Shown: positions 38,828-48,076 of the stretch, piece after piece
How positions within the stretch are numbered: the stretch's first letter is position 1
Layout of the letters: every line of letters starts with the position of its first letter
DNA from: an uncultured delta proteobacterium
GTDB taxonomy: Bacteria; Myxococcota_A; Polyangia; Polyangiales; Polyangiaceae
DNA: 64,000 bases
Direction of reading: 5' to 3'
Assembly: GCA_963782055.1 (NCBI GenBank)
Contig: CAWAIF010000003.1
Location: 1,280,001 to 1,344,000 of the forward strand
Position numbers and translations under genes: made by a program
The notes under the pieces: generated by a model
The model's database searches: none
Told to the model about the DNA's origin: nothing
What the model saw: the letters and a program-made list of their open reading frames with translations, nothing else

Positions 38828-39775
38828 GTGGGTCCCCGCCGCGCCGCGCCGCTGGTCATACTGCTCGCCCTCGCGGCGGCCTCGCCGCTCGCCGCGCAGA
38901 CCGCCCGTCACCCGGCACGCGGCGCCACGGCGGGCGGACCGGGCGCGTCCTCGCACCCCGGCGCGGACCCGGGCGAAGGGGCGGAGGTGGGCGAGCCCGG
39001 GCGCCCGCCGGCGAGCAAGGCCGCGGCGCGCGGCTCGATCGTGCGCACCGTGGTCCCGGTGAAGGACGGCATGCTGCTCATCCCCGGCCAGCGCTTCACC
39101 ATGGGCTCCGGCAATCCGCGCGCCCCCTACAACGAGCGCCCGGCCCACCCGGCCCAGATCGCCCCCTTCTGGATGGACCGCACCGAGGTCACCGTGGGCG
39201 CGTACCGCGCGTGCGTGGACGCCGGCAAGTGCGCCCCCCCGGCGAAGAGCAGCCCGCTCTGCACCTGGGACATGGGCGACGACCAGCTGCCCGTCTCGTG
39301 CGTGCACTGGTCGGACGCCGACGACTACTGCCGCTTCGCCGGCAAGCGCCTCCCGCACGAGGCGGAGTGGGAGTTCGCGGCGCGGGGGCGGCGCGTGTTG
39401 CGCTACCCGTGGGGCGGCCGCGCCACCACCTGCGCCTACGCCACCACCCTGCTGCACGAGGCGACGGCGCGCGGCTGCGCGCGCAAGCCCTCTCGCGTGG
39501 GGACGCACCCCGCCGGCGCGAGCCCCTTCGGCGTGCTGGACCTCTCCGGCAACGTGGAGGAGTGGACGAGCGACTGGTACGTCGCGCGGGAGGCGAGCGG
39601 TGTCCGGCCGTCCTCCGGCTCGGCTCACGTGCTGCGCGGGGGCGGCTGGCTCTCCCCGCCTTCAGCCTCCCGGACCACCTCCCGGGACTGGGGCTCGGCC
39701 CTCGAAGCAGGCCCGAACGTGGGCTTCCGCTGCGCCCGGGATCCAGACGCCTCCGGGCCCTCCCCACCCAAGTAA
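38828..39775 (+). CDS. Formylglycine-generating-enzyme (SUMF1) domain protein
   Basis: FTMGS, MDRTEVT, RLPHEAEWEFAARG, YPWG, DLSGNVEEW, RGGGW, GFRCA. Confidence 0.9.
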   Translation: MGPRRAAPLVILLALAAASPLAAQTARHPARGATAGGPGASSHPGADPGEGAEVGEPGRPPASKAAARGSIVRTVVPVKDGMLLIPGQRFTMGSGNPRAPYNERPAHPAQIAPFWMDRTEVTVGAYRACVDAGKCAPPAKSSPLCTWDMGDDQLPVSCVHWSDADDYCRFAGKRLPHEAEWEFAARGRRVLRYPWGGRATTCAYATTLLHEATARGCARKPSRVGTHPAGASPFGVLDLSGNVEEWTSDWYVAREASGVRPSSGSAHVLRGGGWLSPPSASRTTSRDWGSALEAGPNVGFRCARDPDASGPSPPK

Positions 39776-39923
39776 AATTGGCCGGCGCCCCTCCCAGCGC
39801 GGGCCCTCCGGGGCGCGTCGGGCGTCGCCATTTGAAGCCATTCCTCCCGGAAGATGCCGCGCGGATGGGAGCCGCGATGCCGGGCCTCCGGGGGCCCGGG
39901 GGAATACGCCCCGCCCCCGCGAG

Positions 39924-39952
39924 TTGACGCAGTCGGCCGCAGAGACTATCCC
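39924..39952 (+). promoter_or_regulatory. Putative sigma70 promoter of yajC-secD-secF
   Basis: TTGACG-17 nt-TATCCC, 30 nt upstream of the GTG start. Confidence 0.5.
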
Positions 39953-39982
39953 TCCCGAGCTTTTTCCGGAGATTCCAACCAA

Positions 39983-40474
39983 GTGCATAGCCAGGCCCTG
40001 ATCACCCACGACGGTTCCACCCTCGCCTTTCTGGCGGCCCTCGAGCCCCCCGGCGCCAAGGAAGGGACCAACGCGGCGCCCCAGGGCGCGCCTCCGCCCC
40101 CCGCGGCCCCGGCAGGCGGCGCGACCACCCAGCAGGCGCCGAAGCAGCCGCCGCCCGGCCCCATGGGGATCCTGGCGTCGCCGCTGTTCATGCTGCTCAT
40201 CTTCGTGCCCTTCATCTGGCTCATGTTCCGGCGGAACAAGAAGGAGCAGGAGGCACGCTCCAAGCTGAAGAAGGGCGACCGGGTCGTGGGCGGCTCCGGC
40301 CTGGTGGGAGAGGTCGTGGACATGGACGAGCGCCTGGCGAAGGTGAAGATCGCCCCGGGCGTGACCGTGCAGATGATGGTCAGCTCCCTCTCCCCGCTCG
40401 AGGCGCCGCAGACCAAGCCGGAGCCGGGTCTCAAGGACCTGAAGGACGCCAAGGCGTCGGCAGACAAGAAGTGA
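39983..40474 (+). CDS. yajC: Preprotein translocase subunit YajC
   Basis: Single TM, LKKGDRVVGGSGLVGEV; precedes secD; Pro/Ala-rich N-terminal extension. Confidence 0.9.
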   Translation: MHSQALITHDGSTLAFLAALEPPGAKEGTNAAPQGAPPPPAAPAGGATTQQAPKQPPPGPMGILASPLFMLLIFVPFIWLMFRRNKKEQEARSKLKKGDRVVGGSGLVGEVVDMDERLAKVKIAPGVTVQMMVSSLSPLEAPQTKPEPGLKDLKDAKASADKK

Positions 40475-40487
40475 CGCGGGCCGGGAC

Positions 40488-42533
40488 ATGAACAGCTCGC
40501 GTCGCAACGCGCTCATCCTCATCGTCCTCGCCGGCGCAGGCGGCTACGCCTTCTTCCGCGCGGATAACTTCTGGGGTCTCGTCTGCTGCGGCCTCATCGC
40601 CATCTGGAGCCTCTTCGCGATGCTCCCGGTGATGGACTCGCCCTGGCGGCTCAAGGTCGGCTTCGTCGCTGTGACCTTCGCCGCGGCCTTCGTCGCCCTG
40701 TGGCCCAACCTGGACAACCTGACGGCCGGCCATCTCAAGTGCCCGGCGTACGTGAGGAGCCACATCAACTTCGGCATCGCGCAGGGGCTCGACCTCAAGG
40801 GCGGCCTGCGCCTCGTCTACACCGTGGAGGTGGACGAGGCCATCCGCGACAAGCGCGACCGCTACGCCGACGACATGCGCCGGGAGCTGGCCACCATCTA
40901 CGGCTTTCACTCCGGCGAGGGCCTGCTGAAGCGCGAGGAGCTGGACAAGCTCAAGACGAAGGTCACCGTCTCGGTCCCCGACGCGAACATCATCCGCCTC
41001 AAGTTCGCCGACCCCAACGACACCTCCAAGCTGGACGCGCGCTACCAGAAGCGCTTCGCCACCGAGCTGATCCAGCAGCGCGGCCCGGGCGAGGGCGTCG
41101 TCACCTACAAGATCCGCAGCGAGGTCGAGTCGCAGATCCGCGACAAGGCCGTGCAGCAGGCCAAGGACACCGTCTCCAAGCGCATCGACGAGATGGGCCT
41201 CCGCGAGGCCAGCGTCACCACGCGCGACGAGGACATCATCGTGGAGGTCCCGGGCGAGAGCAAGGAGACCTTCGACAAGATCAAGGACATCATCCGCCGC
41301 ACCGCCCGCCTCGAGTTCAAGATGGTGGACGAGGCCGGCGCCCGCGATTTCTTCGGCAAGTACAAGGAGGCGGACGACTGCAAGTCGGGCGACCAGTACT
41401 GCCTGCCGCCCAACGAGGGCTTCGCCGTCTACGACGAGGACGCTCCGGACGGCCCGGGCAAGAGCGTCAAGACGCACTTCATCCGCGTCCAGAAGCAGCC
41501 CAAGGAGACCTCGCAGGACTGCCTGGAGCGGCTGAAGAAGTGGGCTGCCGCGCAGGACGTCCCCGACGATCACGAGATCGGCTTCGAGGAGATCGAGGAC
41601 TACGACCCCGACACGCTCAAGTCGACGGTGCGTGGCTGGCGCACGTTCTACCTGTTCCGTCGCGCGGAGGTCACCGGTGACCTCATCACCGACGCCTCGG
41701 TCCAGCAGGACCCGGAGAAGATGGGGCAGTACTACGTGGCGGTGACCTTCAGCAACGCGGGCGCGGAGCGCTTCGGCGAGGTCACCGGCGCCAACGTGCA
41801 GCGGCGCTTCGCCATCATCCTGGACGGCATCATCAACTCGGCGCCCGTCATCCGCAGCAAGATCGACGGCGGCCGCGCCAGCATCACCCTGGGCGAGGGC
41901 GACCCGGACGTGCAGCTCGCCAAGGCGCGTCAGCTCGAGCTGGTGCTCCGCTCCGGCGCGCTCCCGGCGCCCATCAGCCCCTCGAACGAGTCGCTCATCG
42001 GCCCCTCGCTCGGGAAGGACGCGATCCACCAGGGCGTGAAGGGCATGCTGATCGGCTCCAGCCTGGTCTTCGTCTTCATGGTCTTTTACTACCGCAAGAG
42101 CGGGGTGGTCGCCGACATCGCGGTGCTCTTCAACCTGATGCTGCAGATGGCCATCCTGGCCTCCTTCAGCGCGACGATGACGCTGCCCGGCATCGCCGGC
42201 CTCGCCCTGACGATAGGCATGGCCGTCGACGCCAACGTGCTCATCAACGAGCGCATCCGCGAGGAGCTGCGCGGGGGCCGGAGCATCCGCGCCGCCGTGG
42301 AGGCCGGCTACGAGAAGGCCTTCCCCTCCATCATCGACGGCCACGTGACGGTGCTCATCAGCGGTCTCATCCTCGCGCAGTACGGCACCGGCCCGGTCAA
42401 GGGCTTCGCCGTCGCCCTCATCGTGGGCATCGCAGCGAGCCTCTACACCGGCGTCTTCTGCACGCGGCTGGTGTTCGACTGGTGGGTGCGCCACCAGAAG
42501 GTCAAGCGCCTCAGCGTCGGAGCGGAGTTCTAG
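40488..42533 (+). CDS. secD: Protein translocase subunit SecD
   Basis: GLDLKGG, IIVEVPG, LRSGALPAP, IGPSLG, TLPGIAG, AVDANVLINERIREE, VKGFA. Confidence 0.97.
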   Translation: MNSSRRNALILIVLAGAGGYAFFRADNFWGLVCCGLIAIWSLFAMLPVMDSPWRLKVGFVAVTFAAAFVALWPNLDNLTAGHLKCPAYVRSHINFGIAQGLDLKGGLRLVYTVEVDEAIRDKRDRYADDMRRELATIYGFHSGEGLLKREELDKLKTKVTVSVPDANIIRLKFADPNDTSKLDARYQKRFATELIQQRGPGEGVVTYKIRSEVESQIRDKAVQQAKDTVSKRIDEMGLREASVTTRDEDIIVEVPGESKETFDKIKDIIRRTARLEFKMVDEAGARDFFGKYKEADDCKSGDQYCLPPNEGFAVYDEDAPDGPGKSVKTHFIRVQKQPKETSQDCLERLKKWAAAQDVPDDHEIGFEEIEDYDPDTLKSTVRGWRTFYLFRRAEVTGDLITDASVQQDPEKMGQYYVAVTFSNAGAERFGEVTGANVQRRFAIILDGIINSAPVIRSKIDGGRASITLGEGDPDVQLAKARQLELVLRSGALPAPISPSNESLIGPSLGKDAIHQGVKGMLIGSSLVFVFMVFYYRKSGVVADIAVLFNLMLQMAILASFSATMTLPGIAGLALTIGMAVDANVLINERIREELRGGRSIRAAVEAGYEKAFPSIIDGHVTVLISGLILAQYGTGPVKGFAVALIVGIAASLYTGVFCTRLVFDWWVRHQKVKRLSVGAEF

Positions 42534-42536
42534 GCC

Positions 42537-43796
42537 ATGGAGTTCTTCAAGCCCGGACGCGTCTACGACTTCATGGGGCTGCGGAAGCTGTTCTTCACGC
42601 TCAGCACGCTGCTCATCCTGGGGTCCATCGTCCTCATGTTCTACCCGGGGCCCAACTACGGGACCGACTTCCGTGGCGGCACCGAGGTGGAGCTCGCCTT
42701 CTTGAAGAAGGTCGACGCCGGGGAGATCCGCAAGGCGGTGCAGGCCGGGGGCTTCAGGGACCCCGACGTCGTGCAGGTGGTGGACCCGCAGAACCCGTAC
42801 CACTTCCTCATCCGCGTCCGCGACGTCACCGCCATCTCCGACAAGGAGAAGACGGAGCTCAAGCAGGCCCTCTGCATGACCGGCGAGGGGCAGACGATCG
42901 ACGAGGCCCGCTGCCCGAAGGACGCCCGCGCCACCGAGGTCAAGTTCAGCCTCGGCGGCGACAAGGTGTCGATGCGCTACGACGTCGACCCCGACCTGAA
43001 GAAGATCACCGAGCAGGTGCAGAGCGTCCCCGGCGTGACGATGCGCACCTCCGAGACGAACCCGCAGCTCCTCAACCCGCGCGATCACCGCGTGGAGGTG
43101 CAGCTCCAGTCCAAGGGCGACCAGCTCATGGAGTCGCTGCAGAAGCAGCTCGGCTCGCAGGTGGTGCCGGAGAAGCCGCTGCGCGTGGAGTGGGTGGGGC
43201 CGAAGGCCGGCAAGCAGCTCCGCGACAGCGCGCGCAACGCCGTGGCCATCTCCATCGTCTTCATCATGCTCTACCTGGCGTTCCGCTTCGACCTGCGCTT
43301 CGCGCCGGGCGTGGTCATCGCCTGCCTGCACGACGCGACGATCGTCATCGGGGGCTTCATCCTCCTGCACAAGGAGGTGACGCTCTCGACCATCGCCGCG
43401 GTGCTCACCATCGTCGGCTATTCCATGAACGACACGGTCGTCGTCTACGATCGCATCCGCGAGAACCTGGGCAAGCATCGCGGCAAGTCCTTCCCGCAGA
43501 TCATCAACCTGAGCGTCTCGGAGACCCTCAGCCGGACGATCCTCACCTCCAGCGCGACGATGCTCTCGATGCTCGCCTTCTTCTTCTGGGGGACCGGCGT
43601 CATCAAGGACTTCGCGCTGGCGATGGTCATCGGCATCGTGGTCGGCACCTACTCCAGCATCTACGTCGCCGCGCCGCTGACCGAGTGGATCGACGCCCGC
43701 ATGGCGAAGCGGGGCAAGGGCAAGAGCATGGCCCGCAAGAAGAGGAAGAAGAAGAAGGTCGGGACGGCGACCCCCTCCACCTCCACCGCTCGGTAG
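42537..43796 (+). CDS. secF: Protein translocase subunit SecF
   Basis: GTDFRGGT, VGPKAG, GYSMNDTVVVYDRIRE, TLSRT, GTYSSIYVA. Confidence 0.97.
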   Translation: MEFFKPGRVYDFMGLRKLFFTLSTLLILGSIVLMFYPGPNYGTDFRGGTEVELAFLKKVDAGEIRKAVQAGGFRDPDVVQVVDPQNPYHFLIRVRDVTAISDKEKTELKQALCMTGEGQTIDEARCPKDARATEVKFSLGGDKVSMRYDVDPDLKKITEQVQSVPGVTMRTSETNPQLLNPRDHRVEVQLQSKGDQLMESLQKQLGSQVVPEKPLRVEWVGPKAGKQLRDSARNAVAISIVFIMLYLAFRFDLRFAPGVVIACLHDATIVIGGFILLHKEVTLSTIAAVLTIVGYSMNDTVVVYDRIRENLGKHRGKSFPQIINLSVSETLSRTILTSSATMLSMLAFFFWGTGVIKDFALAMVIGIVVGTYSSIYVAAPLTEWIDARMAKRGKGKSMARKKRKKKKVGTATPSTSTAR

Positions 43797-43882
43797 GTTC
43801 GCGCCCGAGCCCCCCGAGACGCCTCAGACTGGACAAGACCAGCTCGTGGGTATAGTGGGTCGACCTTGAGCTGGGGGTCGTC

Positions 43883-44221
43883 ATGCGGTTGGTGAGAGGA
43901 GCAGGAGTGGCGCTCGTGGCGCTTGCGGCGGCAGGCGCGGCCACCGCCGTGGTGCGCGAGGCGCGCGCCCGCGCCACCCACGTCGAGGCGACCCACCGCC
44001 GCATCGAGGGCATCATCACCGCGGTCGACCACGTCAACGTGACCATCTCGCCCATCCGCGGGCGTCGCCGCTGCATCACCGGCAGGGTGGACAACCGCAC
44101 GCGCGTCATCATCGACGGGCATGCCGCCCACGTGGCCGACCTGCGCGTCACCTACGACGCCCGCGCCGAGCTCGGCCTGGACGATTACTGGAAGACCATC
44201 CGCGTCGACACCTCCCGCTGA
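43883..44221 (+). CDS. Hypothetical secreted protein (OB-fold-like)
   Basis: Signal-like N-terminus; EGIITAVD...VTI beta-strand pattern. Confidence 0.55.
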   Translation: MRLVRGAGVALVALAAAGAATAVVREARARATHVEATHRRIEGIITAVDHVNVTISPIRGRRRCITGRVDNRTRVIIDGHAAHVADLRVTYDARAELGLDDYWKTIRVDTSR

Positions 44222-44273
44222 TCTCGCCCTCGGTGTGTTTGGCGTGGCCGGGAGCGCGGGGGCGTTCTAGGCT

Positions 44274-45074
44274 TTGCGCGTGACGGTCAAGCCGGGCGAG
44301 GTACTGGTCCAGTACAGCCACGTGCAGAAGCGCTTCGGCCCCAAGGTCATCTTCGCGGACCTGACGCTGGACGTGATGCGGGGGGAGGTGCTCACCATCC
44401 TCGGGCCGTCCGGCGTGGGCAAGAGCGTGGCCCTCAAGCTGCTCATCGGCCTGATCCCCGCCGACAGCGGCTCCATCCTCTTCGACGGCCAGGAGGTCAC
44501 GCAGATGGACGAGCATCGCCTGCTGGAGGTGCGGCGGCGGATCGCCTACCTCTTCCAGGGCGCGGCCCTCTTCGACTCGCTCGACGTCGGCGAGAACGTC
44601 GCCTACGGCCTGCGCGAGCGCTTCTGGAACACCATGAAGGAGGAGGAGATCCGGGAGCGCGTCGCGCGCTCGCTGGAGCTGGTGAGCATGCCCGGCATCC
44701 AGGAAATGCGCCCGAGCGATCTCTCCGGCGGCATGCGCAAGCGCGTGGGGCTGGCGCGCACGCTGGCCCTCCAGCCGGAGGTCATCCTCTACGACGAGCC
44801 CACCACAGGCCTCGATCCCATCAACACCGCTCGCATCAACCACCTGATCAACAGCATCCGCCGCGCGCTGAAGCTGACGAGCATCGTCGTGACCCACGAC
44901 ATGGGCACCGCGTTTGCCGTCTCCGACAGGCTGGCGATCCTCCACCGCGGGCGCGTCCGGCTCGTCGGCGACCAGGACACCTTCCGGAACACGCGCGATC
45001 CCTTCGTGCGCGACTTCATCGAAGGGAGGGCCCCCGAAGAAGAGGACGTGGCCTCCCTCCTTTCACCCACGTGA
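44274..45074 (+). CDS. mlaF: ABC transporter ATP-binding protein, MlaF/Ttg2A-like
   Basis: GPSGVGKS, FQGAALFDSL, LSGGMRKRVGLAR, YDEPTTGLDP, VTHD. Confidence 0.85.
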   Translation: MRVTVKPGEVLVQYSHVQKRFGPKVIFADLTLDVMRGEVLTILGPSGVGKSVALKLLIGLIPADSGSILFDGQEVTQMDEHRLLEVRRRIAYLFQGAALFDSLDVGENVAYGLRERFWNTMKEEEIRERVARSLELVSMPGIQEMRPSDLSGGMRKRVGLARTLALQPEVILYDEPTTGLDPINTARINHLINSIRRALKLTSIVVTHDMGTAFAVSDRLAILHRGRVRLVGDQDTFRNTRDPFVRDFIEGRAPEEEDVASLLSPT

Positions 45075-45075
45075 G

Positions 45076-46233
45076 ATGGCCATGACCAAAGAGAAGAAAG
45101 TGGGGCTCTTCGTCGTCGCCGGGCTCCTCGTGCTGGCCCTGAGCGTCTTCCTCATCGGGCAAAACAGCCGGTTCTGGGAGCGGAAGGTCAACTACACCGC
45201 GGTCTACGACAACGTCGCCGGGCTGCGGAGCGGCGCCCCGGTGAGCATGGGCGGCGTGGACGTCGGCATCGTCACGCGCGTGCACTACGCCGACGACCCG
45301 AAGGACCCGCACATCTACGTCAACCTGAGCATCGTCAAGGACCAGGCGGAGCGCATCCGGCGGCGGGTGCTCGGGCCGGATGGCAAGAAGGTCCAGTACG
45401 AGGGCACCGTCGCCAGCATCGTCAACAAGGGCCTGCTCGGCGACAAGATGCTGGAGCTGAGCATGGCCGACTCGCGCGCGCCGGTGCTCGACCCCGCCAC
45501 CCCCATCCGGAGCGAGGAGCCGCTGGACCTCTCCACGTACGTGGCGAAGGTGGACGCCCTCTCCGCCAAGGCGGACAAGGTGCTCGGCAACCTGGAGGGC
45601 GCGACCGAGGGCCTGAACGACCCGCAGCTCGCCGACGACCTGCGCGGCTCCGTCGGCGCGCTGCACAACATCCTGAACGCCGTCGCCCACGAGGACGGCG
45701 CCGCCCACCGCCTCATCTACGACAAGAAGGAGGCGGACCACATCAGCCACGTGATGGCCAACCTGGACAGCTCCACCGGGCAGCTCAGCGGGCTCCTCGC
45801 GGACGCACACGACGTCACCCGGCAGGTGCGGCAGGGGCCGGGCATGGCCCACGCGCTCGTCTACGACGGGGAGATGTCCTCCAACGCGGCCGGGTCCCTC
45901 GCCGAGGTGCACAAGGACCTGGAGCACATCCGCACGGGCAACGGGCTGGCGCACGCGCTGCTCTACGGCGACACCGACTCGCAGCACCTGATGACCAACG
46001 TCAACGCGATGAGCGACGACCTGCGCACCATCGTGGGCAACCTGAAGAACGGCAAGGGGACGCTGGGCGCGCTGCTCGTCGACCCCAGCATCTACGAGGA
46101 CCTCAAGCGCATCGTCGGCAACGTGGAGCGCAACGAGGTCCTGCGCGCGCTGGTCCGCTACTCGCTCCAGCAGGACGACAAGCAGGCGGGCGGGCAGAGC
46201 CCCGAGCCCAAGGTGGAGTCGAGCAGCCCCTGA
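45076..46233 (+). CDS. mlaD: MCE/MlaD-family protein
   Basis: N-terminal TM, GLRSGAPVSMGGVDVG, GLLGDK, helical tail with GTLGALLVDPSIYE. Confidence 0.85.
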   Translation: MAMTKEKKVGLFVVAGLLVLALSVFLIGQNSRFWERKVNYTAVYDNVAGLRSGAPVSMGGVDVGIVTRVHYADDPKDPHIYVNLSIVKDQAERIRRRVLGPDGKKVQYEGTVASIVNKGLLGDKMLELSMADSRAPVLDPATPIRSEEPLDLSTYVAKVDALSAKADKVLGNLEGATEGLNDPQLADDLRGSVGALHNILNAVAHEDGAAHRLIYDKKEADHISHVMANLDSSTGQLSGLLADAHDVTRQVRQGPGMAHALVYDGEMSSNAAGSLAEVHKDLEHIRTGNGLAHALLYGDTDSQHLMTNVNAMSDDLRTIVGNLKNGKGTLGALLVDPSIYEDLKRIVGNVERNEVLRALVRYSLQQDDKQAGGQSPEPKVESSSP

Positions 46234-46299
46234 GCGCGGGCTGCGGGCTCCAGGGCGGGGCTCGTGGGGTGGTGTGCGCGCGAGACCTATCCTGTTAGG

Positions 46300-46316
46300 G
46301 ATAGACTTGGACTATC
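46300..46316. promoter_or_regulatory. Palindromic operator candidate GATAG-N7-CTATC (copy 1)
   Basis: GATAG ACTTGGA CTATC, 63 nt upstream of the 46380 ATG. Confidence 0.55.
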
Positions 46317-46379
46317 TCGAAAGGTATATCTCTGGGGACGGCCCGGCTCGGCGGGGCGTCTTCCCAAAGGAGCTCTCTC

Positions 46380-47882
46380 ATGCGCGCTTACACTCTTGGT
46401 TGCCTTGCCATCCTCTCCGCCGCGGCGGTCATCCACTGTTCCGGCTCCGGCGACGACTGCACGACGAGCGGCACGTGCGCCACGTCCGACGGCGGCGGCG
46501 GCGATGGTGACGTCACCGCGGACGCGGGGCCCGACGTGGTCGTGCCCCCAGGGTGCGACCTCACCAAGGACCTCGCCGACAGTCCGGCGTGCATCGACGA
46601 CGGCATCGGCGTGTTCGTCGACGCGCAGAACGGCGACGACGACGCCAACGACGGCAGCGAGGCCCACCCGTTCAAGACCATCGCCAAGGGCATCGCCGCC
46701 GCGGGCGGCAAGCCGCGCGTCTACGTGTGCGAGGGGACCTACCCGGAGGACGTCTCCATCACCCTGCAGAACGCGGTGAACATCTACGGCGGCCTCAAGT
46801 GCGGCGACTGGTCCTACAGCGGCGGCAAGCCGGTGGTCGGCGCCGGGCTGATGGCCCTGCACGTCGACGGCCTCACCAAGCCCGTCGTCTTCGAGGACCT
46901 CACCTTCCAGGCGGCCGACGGCAAGAAGGCGGGCGACAGTAGCCTCGGCGCGCTCGTCAACTCCAGCGCCGACGTCACCTTCCGCCGCGTGAAGCTCGTC
47001 GCCGGCAAGGGCATGGCGGGCGCGGACGGCGTGACCGGGAGCAACTGGACGCAAATCGCCCAGTCGGACGCGAGCATCGCCGGCACGAGCGCCAGCGGCA
47101 CCAGCGGCGGCAAGGCGCAGGCGTGCGCCAACCTCTGCGTCGACAAGGTCGTCAGCTCGGGCGGCAAGGGCGGCGACGGCACGCTCACCCCGGGCGCCGG
47201 CGCCGACGGCGCCCCGGGCCTCGGCGGCCAGTCGCCCACCGACGGCAAGGGCGGCGCCTCCGGCTGCAAGGACGGCGACGATGGCGCGAGCGCGCCCGCG
47301 GGGACGGACGGCAAGGGCGCCGCGGCGCTGGGCGTGCTCTCCGCGACCGGCTGGGCGCCGATGGCGGGCACCGCCGCGAAGAACGGTGGCCCCGGGCAGG
47401 GTGGTGGCGGCGGCGGCGGCGGCTCCTCGCTCACCAAGGGCGGCGGCGGCGGCGGCGCGTGCGGTGGCTGCGGCGGCGCGGGCGGCATGGCCGGCGGCGG
47501 CGGCGGCGCGAGCATCGCGCTCGCGGTGGTGTCGAGCACGGTGACCCTCGCCAGCTCGGAGCTCTCGGCGAGCGACGCGGGCGCCGGCGGCGCCGGCAGC
47601 GTCGGGCAGGGCGGACAGACGGGCGGCTTCGCCGGCCAGGGCGACTCGCCTGGCTGCGGCGGCGGCAACGGCGGTACCGGCGGCGCGGGTGGCGCGGGGG
47701 GCGGGGGCGCCGGCGGCGTCTCGGCCGGCGTCTTCTACCAGGGCACCATGCCCACCCTCGACGACGCGACGACCAACGCCATCACCGTGGCGGCGGTGGG
47801 CGCGGCGAAGGGCACCGGCGGCGCGGCCGGGGTGAACGACGGCGTCGCCGGCGTGGCGCAGCCGGTGCTCCAGGCCAAGTAG
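46380..47882 (+). CDS. Gly-rich (PGRS-like) lipoprotein with DUF1565-like motif (paralogue 1)
   Basis: Signal peptide plus Cys; GDDDANDGSEAHPFKTI, VCEGTYPE, IYGG; long GGxGGxG tracts. Confidence 0.8.
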   Translation: MRAYTLGCLAILSAAAVIHCSGSGDDCTTSGTCATSDGGGGDGDVTADAGPDVVVPPGCDLTKDLADSPACIDDGIGVFVDAQNGDDDANDGSEAHPFKTIAKGIAAAGGKPRVYVCEGTYPEDVSITLQNAVNIYGGLKCGDWSYSGGKPVVGAGLMALHVDGLTKPVVFEDLTFQAADGKKAGDSSLGALVNSSADVTFRRVKLVAGKGMAGADGVTGSNWTQIAQSDASIAGTSASGTSGGKAQACANLCVDKVVSSGGKGGDGTLTPGAGADGAPGLGGQSPTDGKGGASGCKDGDDGASAPAGTDGKGAAALGVLSATGWAPMAGTAAKNGGPGQGGGGGGGGSSLTKGGGGGGACGGCGGAGGMAGGGGGASIALAVVSSTVTLASSELSASDAGAGGAGSVGQGGQTGGFAGQGDSPGCGGGNGGTGGAGGAGGGGAGGVSAGVFYQGTMPTLDDATTNAITVAAVGAAKGTGGAAGVNDGVAGVAQPVLQAK

Positions 47883-48003
47883 ACAAGCGCGCGCGCTACC
47901 ACGAGCGCGCGGCGAGGATCCCCATCTCTCCGGTCCCTTCCGTGTACCCGCGTGGGACGGACCGGAGAGCGCTGGGGGTCGGCGGCTTTCGTATACCGAA
48001 ACG

Positions 48004-48020
48004 GATAGAAGCGTGCTATC
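48004..48020. promoter_or_regulatory. Palindromic operator candidate GATAG-N7-CTATC (copy 2)
   Basis: GATAG AAGCGTG CTATC, 56 nt upstream of the 48077 ATG. Confidence 0.55.
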
Positions 48021-48076
48021 CCAGTACGGATATGCACGGCCGCGCTCCCCCCCCGGGCGCGGCCAAGGAGTACCCC

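Noticed and set aside
40431..43478. Long antisense and off-frame ORFs (also 7813-10371, 27342-30416, 26561-29434, 11869-13917 and many others)
   Set aside because: Shadow ORFs expected from extreme GC3 bias; they overlap motif-supported genes and are Arg/Ala/Gly/Pro-rich or mirror-codon in composition
47889..47910. Intrinsic terminator after Gly-rich paralogue 1
   Set aside because: A GC hairpin is present but has no U-tract, and such stems arise easily at this GC content
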